In this document: piece after piece, positions 53,689 through 62,642 of the stretch
How the letters are laid out: the number at the start of each line of letters is the position of its first letter
How positions within the stretch are numbered: position 1 is the stretch's first letter
NCBI GenBank assembly: GCA_030065575.1
Contig: JASJDZ010000001.1
Span: 209,884 to 273,883 of the forward strand
Length of the DNA: 64,000 nucleotides
Origin: Acidimicrobiia bacterium
Lineage (GTDB): Bacteria; Actinomycetota; Acidimicrobiia; Spongiisociales; UBA5794
Direction of reading: 5' to 3'
Notes under the pieces: model-generated
The model's input: the letters and a program-made list of their open reading frames with translations, nothing else
Databases searched by the model: none
Told to the model about the DNA's origin: nothing
Made by a program: the position numbers and the translations under genes

Positions 53689-54267
53689 TCACATCTGCGG
53701 AATGCGTCGTCCCTCGGCAGTACTGCTGGCTAGCCGCTCGATTCGGTTGGCTCGGGTGGCCGTCGTTCTCGCCAGCTTGATCCAGCGAAGTACGTTGCGG
53801 CGATAAGAGGGCGGCAGGGCTTCGAACTGGGAGGTCGCTTGCGGGTGCGCCTCCAACGCTGCTGCCAGGTCGACGGGAACGATGAGGGCATCGACATCGT
53901 CCATGAAGGTCCACGAGCCGGTGCGCTTCGACATCTCAATGGATGCCAGCCCCGCATCGGTCATCCGTCCTTCGTTGATGAGCCGGGCTGCCCGATCCTT
54001 GTACGACTTGGCCCAGTACTGGGTGCGGCGGGGCCCAATCAGTTGCATCGTTCGGTCTTCGTCGAGCTTGCGTCGGACACCGTCGATCCATCCGACGGAA
54101 ACCAACTCGTCGAGGACTACCTCGCGGGAGACGTACCTGTCGTGGACGTGCTTCTTCCACGTGATGAGCCACACACTTTCGTCCTGTGCGTAATGCTCTT
54201 CGAGCCAGGACCGCAATTGAGCGGGCGAGCTGGCTTCGACCTGCTTCATATCATCGAGCTTCGTCAT
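53689..54267 (-). CDS. YdeI/OmpD-associated family protein
   Basis: Internal start 'MTKLDDMKQVE'. 'WLITWKKHV...VGWIDGVRRKLDEDR...YRRNVLRWIKLARTTATRANRI' matches the YdeI family. Confidence 0.75.
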   Translation of the reverse strand: MTKLDDMKQVEASSPAQLRSWLEEHYAQDESVWLITWKKHVHDRYVSREVVLDELVSVGWIDGVRRKLDEDRTMQLIGPRRTQYWAKSYKDRAARLINEGRMTDAGLASIEMSKRTGSWTFMDDVDALIVPVDLAAALEAHPQATSQFEALPPSYRRNVLRWIKLARTTATRANRIERLASSTAEGRRIPQM

Positions 54268-54314
54268 GGTTGAATAGAGGTACGGCAGCGACCGAATTTG
54301 CGGATGCCGAAGAC

Positions 54315-54671
54315 TCAGCGCACGAGTGCGTTCAGGTCGAAGGCAATGAGTACGAGCAGCAGGCCGATGACCCCGATGTGGATTGCGGTGATCGGACGGC
54401 GCCAACGATGCTGCGCCCGCCAGAACCTCCGGATACTGAAGACGTTGGCGGCGATGGCGACAACGCCGATCGTGATCCCGAGTACAGGCCCGACGCCCGG
54501 TGCCAACCCGACTAGCGGAAGAGCGAATGGGAGCACGACGTAGGTGAGCGTGCATCGAATGGCCGATATCGCTATCGAGACACTGAATGCGCGCTCAGGG
54601 CGTATGGGTGATGTCGGCGCCACGGGCAGCTTCATTTCGAGCCTCGTGTCTTGACCAGACGTCTTGGTCAT
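54315..54671 (-). CDS. small membrane protein
   Basis: 118 aa with three hydrophobic helices. Confidence 0.5.
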   Translation of the reverse strand: MTKTSGQDTRLEMKLPVAPTSPIRPERAFSVSIAISAIRCTLTYVVLPFALPLVGLAPGVGPVLGITIGVVAIAANVFSIRRFWRAQHRWRRPITAIHIGVIGLLLVLIAFDLNALVR

Positions 54672-54741
54672 CGCTCCTCACCGGGCTGGGTGCCAGAGAT
54701 TACCGATGTCGCTGGGCGAAACCGGACGGTCCACCACCCAC

Positions 54742-55704
54742 CTACCCGTCGATCACCACCACCACCTTGCCGCTGACTCGCTTGCCACCTTGCATCGCCA
54801 TTGCCGCTGCCGTCTCTTCCAACGGGAAGGTGCGGTCAATCACAGACTTGATCGCTCCAGACACCATGAGCTCCGCAAGTGTGGTCAGGTCTTCGGTCGT
54901 GAACTGTGCGATGAAGCTGAAGACCTTCTCTTCCTGTTCCGACGCCTTGTAACCGCCCATCTTGGCTATGAATGCCATGGTGTCCATGCCCAGCGCGCCG
55001 ATTGAGACCATCCGCCCTGTCTCTGTGAGGTTCTTCACGTACACCTCGAAATCGCGGTCACCGACCATGTCCAGAATGAGGTCATAGGGTCCGGTGCCAT
55101 CCCAATCCTGCTGGGTGTAGTCGATCACTTCGTCGGCGCCGATGCTTGTCACCATGTCGATGTTCCGGGTGCTGCACACCGCTGTCACCTGGGCATCGAA
55201 GGACTTCGCTATCTGCACCGCATAGATCCCCACACCGCCAGATGCCCCAATGATCAGGACACGCTGACCGGATGTGATGTGCCCTTGATCCCGCAGGCCT
55301 TGCAGGGCGGTGAGCCCTCCGGTCGGGATGGCAGCGGCGTCTATGAAAGACACCTTCTCCGGCTTGTGGACTAAGGCCTTCTCCGACGCGAGGGCGAACT
55401 CTGCGAAGGCTCCCTTTGCTGCCCCAAAGACGGCATCGCCTACAGCAAACCGGGTGACGTCATTCCCCACGGCCACGACCGTCCCAGCACAGTCGCCGCC
55501 CATGGCGTGATCCGTCGGTTCTGGGTCACCGTACGCTTGCCGGAGCATGGGGATCTTGCCCTCCATGCGATGCCAATAGGAGGGGTTGGTTGCTGCCGCA
55601 TGTACCTTCACCAGCACCTGATCACCTTCTGGCGTGGGCTGATCGACTTCCTCCAGCGTGAGAACGTCGGGGCTGCCGTACCTCCGGGCCAGGATTGCCT
55701 TCAT
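54742..55704 (-). CDS. NADPH:quinone oxidoreductase-like MDR family protein
   Basis: Internal start 'MKAILARRYGSPDVLTLEEV...VLVKVHAAATNP'. Rossmann motif 'VLIIGASGGVG'. Confidence 0.85.
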   Translation of the reverse strand: MKAILARRYGSPDVLTLEEVDQPTPEGDQVLVKVHAAATNPSYWHRMEGKIPMLRQAYGDPEPTDHAMGGDCAGTVVAVGNDVTRFAVGDAVFGAAKGAFAEFALASEKALVHKPEKVSFIDAAAIPTGGLTALQGLRDQGHITSGQRVLIIGASGGVGIYAVQIAKSFDAQVTAVCSTRNIDMVTSIGADEVIDYTQQDWDGTGPYDLILDMVGDRDFEVYVKNLTETGRMVSIGALGMDTMAFIAKMGGYKASEQEEKVFSFIAQFTTEDLTTLAELMVSGAIKSVIDRTFPLEETAAAMAMQGGKRVSGKVVVVIDG

Positions 55705-55828
55705 GTTTCCTCTCAACCTGTAATGCCACTCCTGTGGCGAGGGCGCGATTCTGGCAGACGTCGTGCAGGCGTGTCGACGTACCTTGCAGGCTCGGTTTGA
55801 GTACCACTCGAGCGAGCCACCGCCGCCG

Positions 55829-56047
55829 TCACTCCTCCGGGTAGTCGAACACGTCGTCGAGACCGACACCAAACACCCGGGCGATCTTGAATGCCACCTC
55901 TAGCGACGGCGAGTACTTGCCCTGCTCGATTGCATTCACAGTCTGCCGGGTCAAGCCGATTGAGTCGGCGAGGTCGCCCTGCGTCATCTCGTCCGCATCG
56001 AACCGGAGGCGACGGATCCTGTTGGTGACCTTGGTCGGTTTGGCCAC
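55829..56047 (-). CDS. XRE-family HTH transcriptional regulator (YozG-like)
   Basis: 'MTQGDLADSIGLTRQTVNAIEQGKYSPSLEVAFKIARVFG'. 72 aa. Confidence 0.9.
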   Translation of the reverse strand: MAKPTKVTNRIRRLRFDADEMTQGDLADSIGLTRQTVNAIEQGKYSPSLEVAFKIARVFGVGLDDVFDYPEE

Positions 56048-56049
56048 GG

Positions 56050-56472
56050 CTACATCCCCCGTCGGTAGAGAACAATTCGAGTGCCCACCGAGGTCAGCTC
56101 GGCAAGAACGAGGCCGGCGAGGATGACATTTGCAATCCAGAAGTGGTCGGCCTCGGTCATCGCAAGCGCCAGCGCGACCAGCGCTCCAGCGGCAAGAGCA
56201 AACTGGCCGATGTACTCGCCGTGGCGGGTGATCTCCTTGTCACGCTCATCGCTGCGATCCGCGTCCTTCGGTCCTGCGATGGCTACCAGGACATGTGCTG
56301 CCGCTGCCAGTACCACCACGGCGACGACGGTCGCCAGCATCATCCCCTGGTACGAGATCTCGGCAACGTCGCCGGAGATCTCCCCGGCAATCGACACGAA
56401 GTACCAGCCGTAGACCACCGCCAGGACAGCGCCCATGATCCAGGCACTCTTCTCTTGAAACGTCATTTCCAA
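56050..56472 (-). CDS. DUF2178-like membrane protein (partner of the small XRE regulator)
   Basis: 140 aa with four TM helices. It ends 2 nt before the XRE start, which is the usual gene pair arrangement. Confidence 0.6.
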   Translation of the reverse strand: MEMTFQEKSAWIMGAVLAVVYGWYFVSIAGEISGDVAEISYQGMMLATVVAVVVLAAAAHVLVAIAGPKDADRSDERDKEITRHGEYIGQFALAAGALVALALAMTEADHFWIANVILAGLVLAELTSVGTRIVLYRRGM

Positions 56473-56542
56473 ACTCCAATGTGTCTAATTTTCTTGACAG
56501 ACTGTAATTTATTGCCGACAGCATGCCATGTCAAGTATTTTC

Positions 56543-56563
56543 GACACCAATCTAATTGGTGTC
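56543..56563. promoter_or_regulatory. inverted repeat GACACCAAT-cta-ATTGGTGTC (operator candidate)
   Basis: Perfect 9-bp arms in an AT-rich stretch, about 70 nt upstream of the DUF2178-XRE operon start. Confidence 0.5.
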
Positions 56564-56762
56564 CCCTCACTCGGTGTTGGCCGGGTAGCTAGTCCAGCCC
56601 ACCGAGCGGTCCTGACTCGGCGATTGACGACCCGTCTTGTCACCCGGTGCACATGGCTGCGCCCGGTGGCATGGAGTTGGGCTGCATTGCGGGGGCCGAG
56701 CGCCCTTGGTCCCGGCAAGTCTCCACCGATAGAGTCCCGTACGTGCCCCGAACCCTGGAGGA

Positions 56763-57680
56763 GTGATGCGACGCCGCTCATATGAAGGTGAGGCCGACGT
56801 GGCGCTGCTCCAGCGCTTCAACGCCGAGTCGATAGCCGCCACCGGCGGGTGCGGATACCTACACCCCGGCGACATCGTTCACCACCTGTTCTACGGCAAC
56901 AGGGCCTTCGACCCGGGCGACCTGGCGACGATCTGGGAGGACGAGTCCGGGGTGGCCGCGTGGGTGCTCGCCCATCCGACGTTCCGGTCGTACGACATCC
57001 AGGTCCGCCACGACCTGCGTGGCGGAGCATTTGAGCGTGACGTTCTGGAGTTCGCCGACGCCCGCATCGTCGAGGTGATGAAAGCCAACGGCGTTGAGAG
57101 CGACGTGATCCTCGGCGACGCGTTCCGCTGCGACCTGGCACGGATCACGCTGATGACTGAGCTGGGCTGGAAGCGCGACGACGACCCGCCGTACATCATC
57201 AACCGGGCGCGGATCGCCGATGTCCCCGAGCCCGAGGTCCCCGACGGCTACAGGATCCGCTCCGTCGTGGGCGTGGAGGAGGCGGCGGAGGTGGCAGCGG
57301 TGCACCAGGCGGCGTTCCCCGGCGCCGGTTGGACCGAGGAGCAGTACCGGTGCGTGATGGAGTCGCCGGGCTACGACCCGGCACGGGAGTTGGTGGCGGA
57401 AGCCGCCGACGGCACCTTCGCGGCGTTCGTGGTCACCTGGTACGACGAGCTGAACCGAACCGGACTGATGGAAGCGGTCGGCACCCATGTCGATCATCGC
57501 CAGATCGGCCTCGGCCGGGCGATCGTGCGCTTCGCCGCCCACCACATGGCTGCCGCCGGGGGGATGGAGTACGCCACCGTCGCAAACTCGGAGTCGAACG
57601 TTGCATCGTCCGCTCTGTACCGCAGCGCCGGGTTCGAGCCCTGGCAGGTACTCGACGGCTACGTCAAGCCGATCGGTTGA
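56763..57680 (+). CDS. two-domain GNAT N-acetyltransferase (mycothiol-synthase-like architecture)
   Basis: 305 aa. C-terminal GNAT core 'VGTHVDHRQIGLGRAIVRFAAHHMAAAG...ALYRSAGFE'. Confidence 0.7.
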   Translation: MMRRRSYEGEADVALLQRFNAESIAATGGCGYLHPGDIVHHLFYGNRAFDPGDLATIWEDESGVAAWVLAHPTFRSYDIQVRHDLRGGAFERDVLEFADARIVEVMKANGVESDVILGDAFRCDLARITLMTELGWKRDDDPPYIINRARIADVPEPEVPDGYRIRSVVGVEEAAEVAAVHQAAFPGAGWTEEQYRCVMESPGYDPARELVAEAADGTFAAFVVTWYDELNRTGLMEAVGTHVDHRQIGLGRAIVRFAAHHMAAAGGMEYATVANSESNVASSALYRSAGFEPWQVLDGYVKPIG

Positions 57681-57695
57681 CGGGCGTCCTCAACG

Positions 57696-57743
57696 GTTCT
57701 GGCGTCCCAGAACGGAATATGTTCCCGTCTGCGACGCCAAAAC
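57696..57743. repeat. 48-nt imperfect palindromic repeat, copy 3
   Basis: GTTCTGGCGTCCCAGAACGGAATATGTTCCCGTCTGCGACGCCAAAAC. 19 of 24 arm positions can pair. It starts 16 nt after the GNAT stop. Confidence 0.85.
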
Positions 57744-57777
57744 GACAGAAGCCCCCAACCATCGAGGTCACGCGTGG

Positions 57778-58485
57778 CTACTCCTTGGACTCCCAACGGA
57801 AGATCTCAAGGCGGGAGATCAAGTCTCCGTCGATCGTGACCTGGGCCTCACCGATCCAGGGCTCGCCTCTGTTAGCAAACTCAAACGAGAAAGCGAAGGT
57901 GCCTTCACCCGTGGGCACGAGCTCACCGGTTAGCTGACCGTTAGAAACCGCTCGCCCATCATCGCTCTCAACCGCGCTGGCGATCGCATCCCGGCCCACG
58001 AAGGTTCCGGTGGGGGACGGATCCTCGTACACCCCCTCTTCTGTGAACAGAGTCGCGACCGCCTGACCGTCGTACACGTTCCAAGCAGCGAAGAAGCTGC
58101 CGACCCTTGCGGTGGCGATCTCGTGCGGCGTTGGTGCAGCGACTTCGTCGTCTCCGGACATCAGGATCCCGATACCGATCGCGCCTACAACGAGGACAAT
58201 CACAGCAGCAAACGCAGCCACGGCTGCGCCCCAACGCACCGGCCGACGAGTCTCGATGACTTCCTTGCGTTCCATGGTTTCCATGTCGCTCCCTTCGTCG
58301 AAGAGGAGCGGATCACGTGGAGGCGGGAACTCGACGATGGGGGTTCCGGACTCGATCGACCGGGACTCCCGAATCAGAAGGGTCAACGGGGGACGGGAGT
58401 CGGAGAGCCAGTTCGGCAGCCCTTCCTCGTTGGGGACTGGGTTGGCATTCGTGAACCGACGGAACAGATCATCTCGGTCGATCAT
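57778..58485 (-). CDS. putative anti-sigma factor: TM + extracytoplasmic SnoaL/NTF2-like domain
   Basis: Internal ATG overlaps the sigma stop (ATGA). TM 'AAVAAFAAVIVLVVGAIGIGIL'. 'FFAAWNVYDGQAVATLFTEEGVY'. Confidence 0.65.
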   Translation of the reverse strand: MIDRDDLFRRFTNANPVPNEEGLPNWLSDSRPPLTLLIRESRSIESGTPIVEFPPPRDPLLFDEGSDMETMERKEVIETRRPVRWGAAVAAFAAVIVLVVGAIGIGILMSGDDEVAAPTPHEIATARVGSFFAAWNVYDGQAVATLFTEEGVYEDPSPTGTFVGRDAIASAVESDDGRAVSNGQLTGELVPTGEGTFAFSFEFANRGEPWIGEAQVTIDGDLISRLEIFRWESKE

Positions 58486-59030
58486 CCGCCCACCTCCCTT
58501 CGTCGAAGGAATCGGCCTCGCGCTCTTGTCACCACGCCGAGTTCTTTCGCCAGACGGTCCAGCGCCCGGTTGAGCCTCTTGCTCACCGCATTGGGGCTGC
58601 ACCCCAGGATCGAAGCGATCTTACTTCGGTCGAGTTCCTCCCAACCAGCCAATCGAAGGACCTCCTGGTCCTCGGGCCGGAGACGGGCGGCTGCGGCGAC
58701 GATGTCACTGTTCTCCTGGCTCTGTACAAGTTGCGGCTCTGGCTCGGATGCCGAACCGTCGCCAACAACCCGCAGCCGAAGCGTGGCTGAGCGCAGCCGA
58801 TGTGCCGATCGCCGCTGGTTGGCCAGCACCCGCCGCGCAACACCGTAGAGCCACGGCAATTCCCGTCCGGGCGGCATGTCGGCCTTCCTCCTCCACGCCA
58901 CCATGAATGTCTCGGCCGCAGCGTCCAACGCATCCTCCCTCTGAGTCCTCCGTACGCAGTAGCGGAGCACAGCGTCGTAATGGCTGGCGTAGACCCTCTC
59001 GAATCTCTGCCGGTCATCCACCGTGCTCAC
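58482..59030 (-). CDS. ECF (group 4) sigma-70 factor
   Basis: 'DALDAAAETFMVAWRR' region 2 and 'EVLRLAGWEELDRSKIASILGCSPNAVSKRLNRAL' region 4. GTG start with SD GAGAGG. Confidence 0.9.
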   Translation of the reverse strand: MSTVDDRQRFERVYASHYDAVLRYCVRRTQREDALDAAAETFMVAWRRKADMPPGRELPWLYGVARRVLANQRRSAHRLRSATLRLRVVGDGSASEPEPQLVQSQENSDIVAAAARLRPEDQEVLRLAGWEELDRSKIASILGCSPNAVSKRLNRALDRLAKELGVVTRARGRFLRRREVGG

Positions 59031-59045
59031 CTCACCTCTCGTGAA

Positions 59046-59087
59046 GGCTCCTCAATGCATGTATGTCCGCTGCCCGATTGAGGAGCC
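59046..59087. promoter_or_regulatory. 11-bp perfect inverted repeat with 20-nt spacer in the ECF sigma leader
   Basis: GGCTCCTCAAT-N20-ATTGAGGAGCC, ending 16 nt upstream of the sigma start codon. Confidence 0.5.
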
Positions 59088-59387
59088 AGGATTCCTGGGA
59101 CCACAACCATCAGCTCAGCTACTCACGAAGGCGTGTTGGGGACCTGCGCCGTGACTTCGGAGACTCGAGGAACACATCCTTTGCCGGGCTCGAAGCCATC
59201 AGCAAACTCCCGTCAACACCAGCTCTACTCAATTAGACCACCGGCTGCCGCTCCTGCGCGCTCCCTGTCTATCCCGGCACCGCATGGACCCAAGCGGCGG
59301 GTTCGCGAACCCATTTCCGACACGGGGGATGTTGGGTCGTTGTGCGCACTCTGATCGTCCCCCGGGGTCAACCGACGAATGTCCCAA

Positions 59388-59485
59388 GGAGTCCATTTGC
59401 ATTGGGTTCCGGGCCAGCGGCTGTCCTACCTGTTCCACCCAGACCCGCCTGATCGTGCTGCGTTGGGTAGAACATCGGTTAGAAG
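59388..59485. repeat. 98-nt intergenic repeat 'A' (second copy at 62643..62741)
   Basis: The core 'CCAGCGGCTGTCCTACCTGT.CCA.CCAGACC..CCTGATC.TGCTGCGTTGGGTAGAA.ATCGG.TAGAAG' is about 90% identical between the copies, in the same orientation. Confidence 0.85.
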
Positions 59486-59543
59486 GCACCCCCTAGGCTG
59501 TTGAGGCAACAGGGTCAGTACGAGAGCGAAAGGGGAGAGTGCC

Positions 59544-60911
59544 ATGACCGACCGCCCGAGCATCCTGTTCTTTCATCTCGACAATGTGAGCCAGGGTGAT
59601 TTTGGCTGCTACGGCGGGGGCTTCCCGATAGGTGCGGAGACGCCGAATATCGACCGGTTCGCCGCAGAGGGCAAGCTCCTCACCAACTACAACGTCGAGG
59701 CGCAATGCACCCCGACCCGATCGGCCCTGATGACCGGTCGCCATTCAGTCCGCACCGGGTGCATCTCGGTTGTTGGCCATACCGGGACAATCCAGTGGGA
59801 AGTCACTATTGCCGACCGCCTCAAGGAACTCGGGTACCGCAACGCGATCCTCGGTAAGTGGCACATCGGCAACTCGCCGGGCCGGCTTCCCACCGACCAT
59901 GGCTTCGACTATTGGTACGGCATTGGTGGAACATGGGACGAGTCGCTGTGGCCGAGCGACAAGTGGTTCCGGGAATCAGGGCTCGAGCCAGCCCATGTCC
60001 AGGAATCCACGAAACCGGGGGAGATCAAGAAGCTAGAAGTGCTGGACACCGACGTCCGCCGCGACATCGACCGCACCTTCCTCGACAAAGGCAAGCAATG
60101 GATGGAAGACTCGGTTGCGGCAGATGAGCCGTTCTTCCTGTACTTCAACCACTCCAATGTGCACTGGCCAACCCTGCCGCGAGCCGAGTACGTCGACTCG
60201 TCAGATGGTGGTGCGGTGGCCGACTGTATTGAGATGGTCGACGCCGACTTCCAAGAGCTCCTCGACAAGATCGATGACCTCGGCATTGCCGACAACACGA
60301 TCGTGGTGTTTGCGGGTGACAACGGGCGGGACACCAGCTTCCACGCCCCCGGCAATCAGAACGCACCAGGGAACTTCAAGGGTGGCTACTTCTCCACAGG
60401 TGAAGGCAACAACCGGACCGTGTGCATCGCCCGCTGGCCGGGCAAGATCGAACCCGACCGCTCGGACGGCATGATGCACGTCACCGACTGGTTCCCGACC
60501 CTCATGCACATGATCGACGAAGGTGAATCCGTGCCTGCCGACCGTGTCATCGATGGGATCGACCAGTCCGGGTTCATTCGAGGAGATCAGGACGACTCGA
60601 ACCGCGAGTACTTCCACATGTTCTTCGACAAGGTCCACGTCGGACTGCGGTGGCGCAACTTCAAGGTACTCACCCACAAGGTCGACACCGGGTACTCCCC
60701 GGTCCAGCAACTGGCCACCCCCCATGTCTACAACCTGACGGTCAACCCGGACGAGAGCACCCCGTACAACTACGACCTGGGGCACTCATGGGTCCTATAC
60801 AACGTCTACGCTCCACTGACCCAACAGCTGATGCAGTCACTCCAAGAGGACTCCGTTCCAGCCGGAGCACCAGTCGACTACGACCCCACGGCAGCAAGAG
60901 ACACGACATAG
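59544..60911 (+). CDS. Cys-type (formylglycine) sulfatase, no signal peptide
   Basis: 'QCTPTRSALMTGR' CxPxR motif and 'GKWHIG'. The N-terminus 'MTDRPSILFFHLDN' lacks a leader. Confidence 0.9.
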   Translation: MTDRPSILFFHLDNVSQGDFGCYGGGFPIGAETPNIDRFAAEGKLLTNYNVEAQCTPTRSALMTGRHSVRTGCISVVGHTGTIQWEVTIADRLKELGYRNAILGKWHIGNSPGRLPTDHGFDYWYGIGGTWDESLWPSDKWFRESGLEPAHVQESTKPGEIKKLEVLDTDVRRDIDRTFLDKGKQWMEDSVAADEPFFLYFNHSNVHWPTLPRAEYVDSSDGGAVADCIEMVDADFQELLDKIDDLGIADNTIVVFAGDNGRDTSFHAPGNQNAPGNFKGGYFSTGEGNNRTVCIARWPGKIEPDRSDGMMHVTDWFPTLMHMIDEGESVPADRVIDGIDQSGFIRGDQDDSNREYFHMFFDKVHVGLRWRNFKVLTHKVDTGYSPVQQLATPHVYNLTVNPDESTPYNYDLGHSWVLYNVYAPLTQQLMQSLQEDSVPAGAPVDYDPTAARDTT

Positions 60912-60934
60912 CTAGTCGCGGCCGTGAAACAACA

Positions 60935-60956
60935 AGAACCCCCATACGCGGGGGTT
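60935..60956 (+). terminator. hairpin terminator after sulfatase 1
   Basis: GAACCCCC-ATACGC-GGGGGTTT. Confidence 0.55.
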
Positions 60957-60963
60957 TCGATAG

Positions 60964-61022
60964 GACGCCCGGGAGAGCTCACACCTGCCGCTTGCGGCAG
61001 GCTCCATCCTTCTGATCCGTAG
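60964..61022. repeat. 59-nt direct repeat 'B' (left boundary of the Fic cassette)
   Basis: 56 of 59 nt identical to 62545..62603. Contains the hairpin CCTGCCG-CTTG-CGGCAGG. Confidence 0.9.
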
Positions 61023-61304
61023 TCGCTTGGAGATCGTGTTGCCCAGTGTTGTGTGGTGATCTCAAGTCTGCTGGCGTTGGGACTCCCGGGTTGTTTGGTC
61101 CGTGCAGTGCACCCGAAACAGCCGAGGTTATGCGTCGTTCGGCAGAAGTTGGGCAGAAGAAAGATCACGCTTCCTAGCGTGAGTTCTCACACTGTAATTT
61201 CACAACTAGATGAACCAGATGTGATATTGTTGTCTCTGAATGTCCCAGAGTGTCAAATCCAACTAGGGCTTCTCACAGAAGCACACACGAGTTAGGCAAT
61301 CGGA

Positions 61305-62477
61305 ATGGACGTCGAACGATTCTCAGCGTCACCGCTGGGCGAGGTGGTCCCCATCAGCGTCGAGCAGCATGGACGCACTATCGACCACTACGCGTTCCAG
61401 CCATATCCGCTTCCATCCGTCATCGAACTCGCCCCCGAGACTTACGCCACGATCGAGGCGGCTGCGATGGAACTGGGCCAGCTGGAGGGTTCCGCTGCGC
61501 AACTTGAGCGACCCTACTTGATCACTAGGCCGATTATCAGAAGGGAGGCGGTGAGTACTTCAGCCCTCGAGGGAACGTTCTCGACGCTGGAGGCCTTGTT
61601 CGCAGCGGAGTTGGTTGATGAGTACTCACGATCCGAGTCACTCCAAGAGGTAGCGAACTACGTTGCGGCGGCGGAGACCGCGGTAGCGCGGCTCCAAGAA
61701 CAACCGGTATCCCTCAACCTGGTGTGTGAGCTTCACCAAATATTGATGAGTGGAACCACACATGCCCCGTCGTCGGGACGTCTCCGCGAGACTCAGGTAG
61801 CCGTAGGCACGCCAGGCTCTCTGATAACGGAGGCTCGATTCGTACCCCCGCCCCCGGGTCCACATCTGGTGGATCTTTTCGGTGACTGGGAGAAGTGGAA
61901 CTACACGGCGCATGGCCTGCCTCTTCTGGCTCGGATCGCAGTCAGCCACTATCAGTTCGAGACAATCCATCCCTTCATTGACGGCAACGGCCGCATCGGT
62001 CGATTGCTGGCGATTCTCCTTTTGATCGACCGAGGACCTCTCTCCGACCACTACATGGTCCTTTCGCCCTACTTGGAGAGCAGGCGTTCGCGATACATCG
62101 ACTTACTTGCCCAGGTTACGGAGACGGGAGACTTCGACCCATGGGTCCGCTTCTTTGCAGAGGCCGTTCGTGCCGAAGCCGAGGCTGCGAGAAGACGAAT
62201 CTCAGCCCTGACCGACTACCGGGACGCTGTAGTGGACCACCTCCGCAGATCGGGATTGAAGGGTGTCATCATCGAGGTCGCCGAGGAGTTGATTGAACGC
62301 CCTGTGCTGACTCCAACGGTTGTGGCGAGCGCTATGAGCGTTAGCTACCAGACGGCCAATCGCGCAATCGGACGGCTTGTCGATGAGCAGATCCTCGAGG
62401 AGGCAACCGGGCGAACCTATGGCCGGATCTTCGTCGCCAACGAGGTCATGAACCTGCTGCGTCTCGGACCGGAGTAG
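61305..62477 (+). CDS. Fic-family protein (class II, with N-terminal inhibitory motif and C-terminal wHTH)
   Basis: Active-site motif 'HPFIDGNGRIGR'. N-terminal 'TSALEG' fits (S/T)xxxE(G/N). 390 aa, visibly lower GC than its neighbours. Confidence 0.9.
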   Translation: MDVERFSASPLGEVVPISVEQHGRTIDHYAFQPYPLPSVIELAPETYATIEAAAMELGQLEGSAAQLERPYLITRPIIRREAVSTSALEGTFSTLEALFAAELVDEYSRSESLQEVANYVAAAETAVARLQEQPVSLNLVCELHQILMSGTTHAPSSGRLRETQVAVGTPGSLITEARFVPPPPGPHLVDLFGDWEKWNYTAHGLPLLARIAVSHYQFETIHPFIDGNGRIGRLLAILLLIDRGPLSDHYMVLSPYLESRRSRYIDLLAQVTETGDFDPWVRFFAEAVRAEAEAARRRISALTDYRDAVVDHLRRSGLKGVIIEVAEELIERPVLTPTVVASAMSVSYQTANRAIGRLVDEQILEEATGRTYGRIFVANEVMNLLRLGPE

Positions 62478-62513
62478 CTCAACAAGAAGCCCCCTGCAGT
62501 TCAAGACGCAAGG

Positions 62514-62537
62514 AAGCCCCCTGCGGCGCAGGGGGTT
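62514..62537 (+). terminator. hairpin terminator after fic
   Basis: AGCCCCCTGC-GGC-GCAGGGGGTT. An extra unpaired copy of the left arm (GAAGCCCCCTGC) lies at 62487..62498. Confidence 0.6.
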
Positions 62538-62544
62538 CTTCAGC

Positions 62545-62603
62545 ACGCCCGGGAGAACTCGCACCTGCCGCTTGCGGCAGGCCCCATCCTTCTGATCCGT
62601 AGT
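62545..62603. repeat. 59-nt direct repeat 'B-prime' (right boundary of the Fic cassette)
   Basis: See 60964..61022. Confidence 0.9.
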
Positions 62604-62642
62604 TCCCTGCCCGCCGTACCACCACGTCACGTTCTGTGCCAT

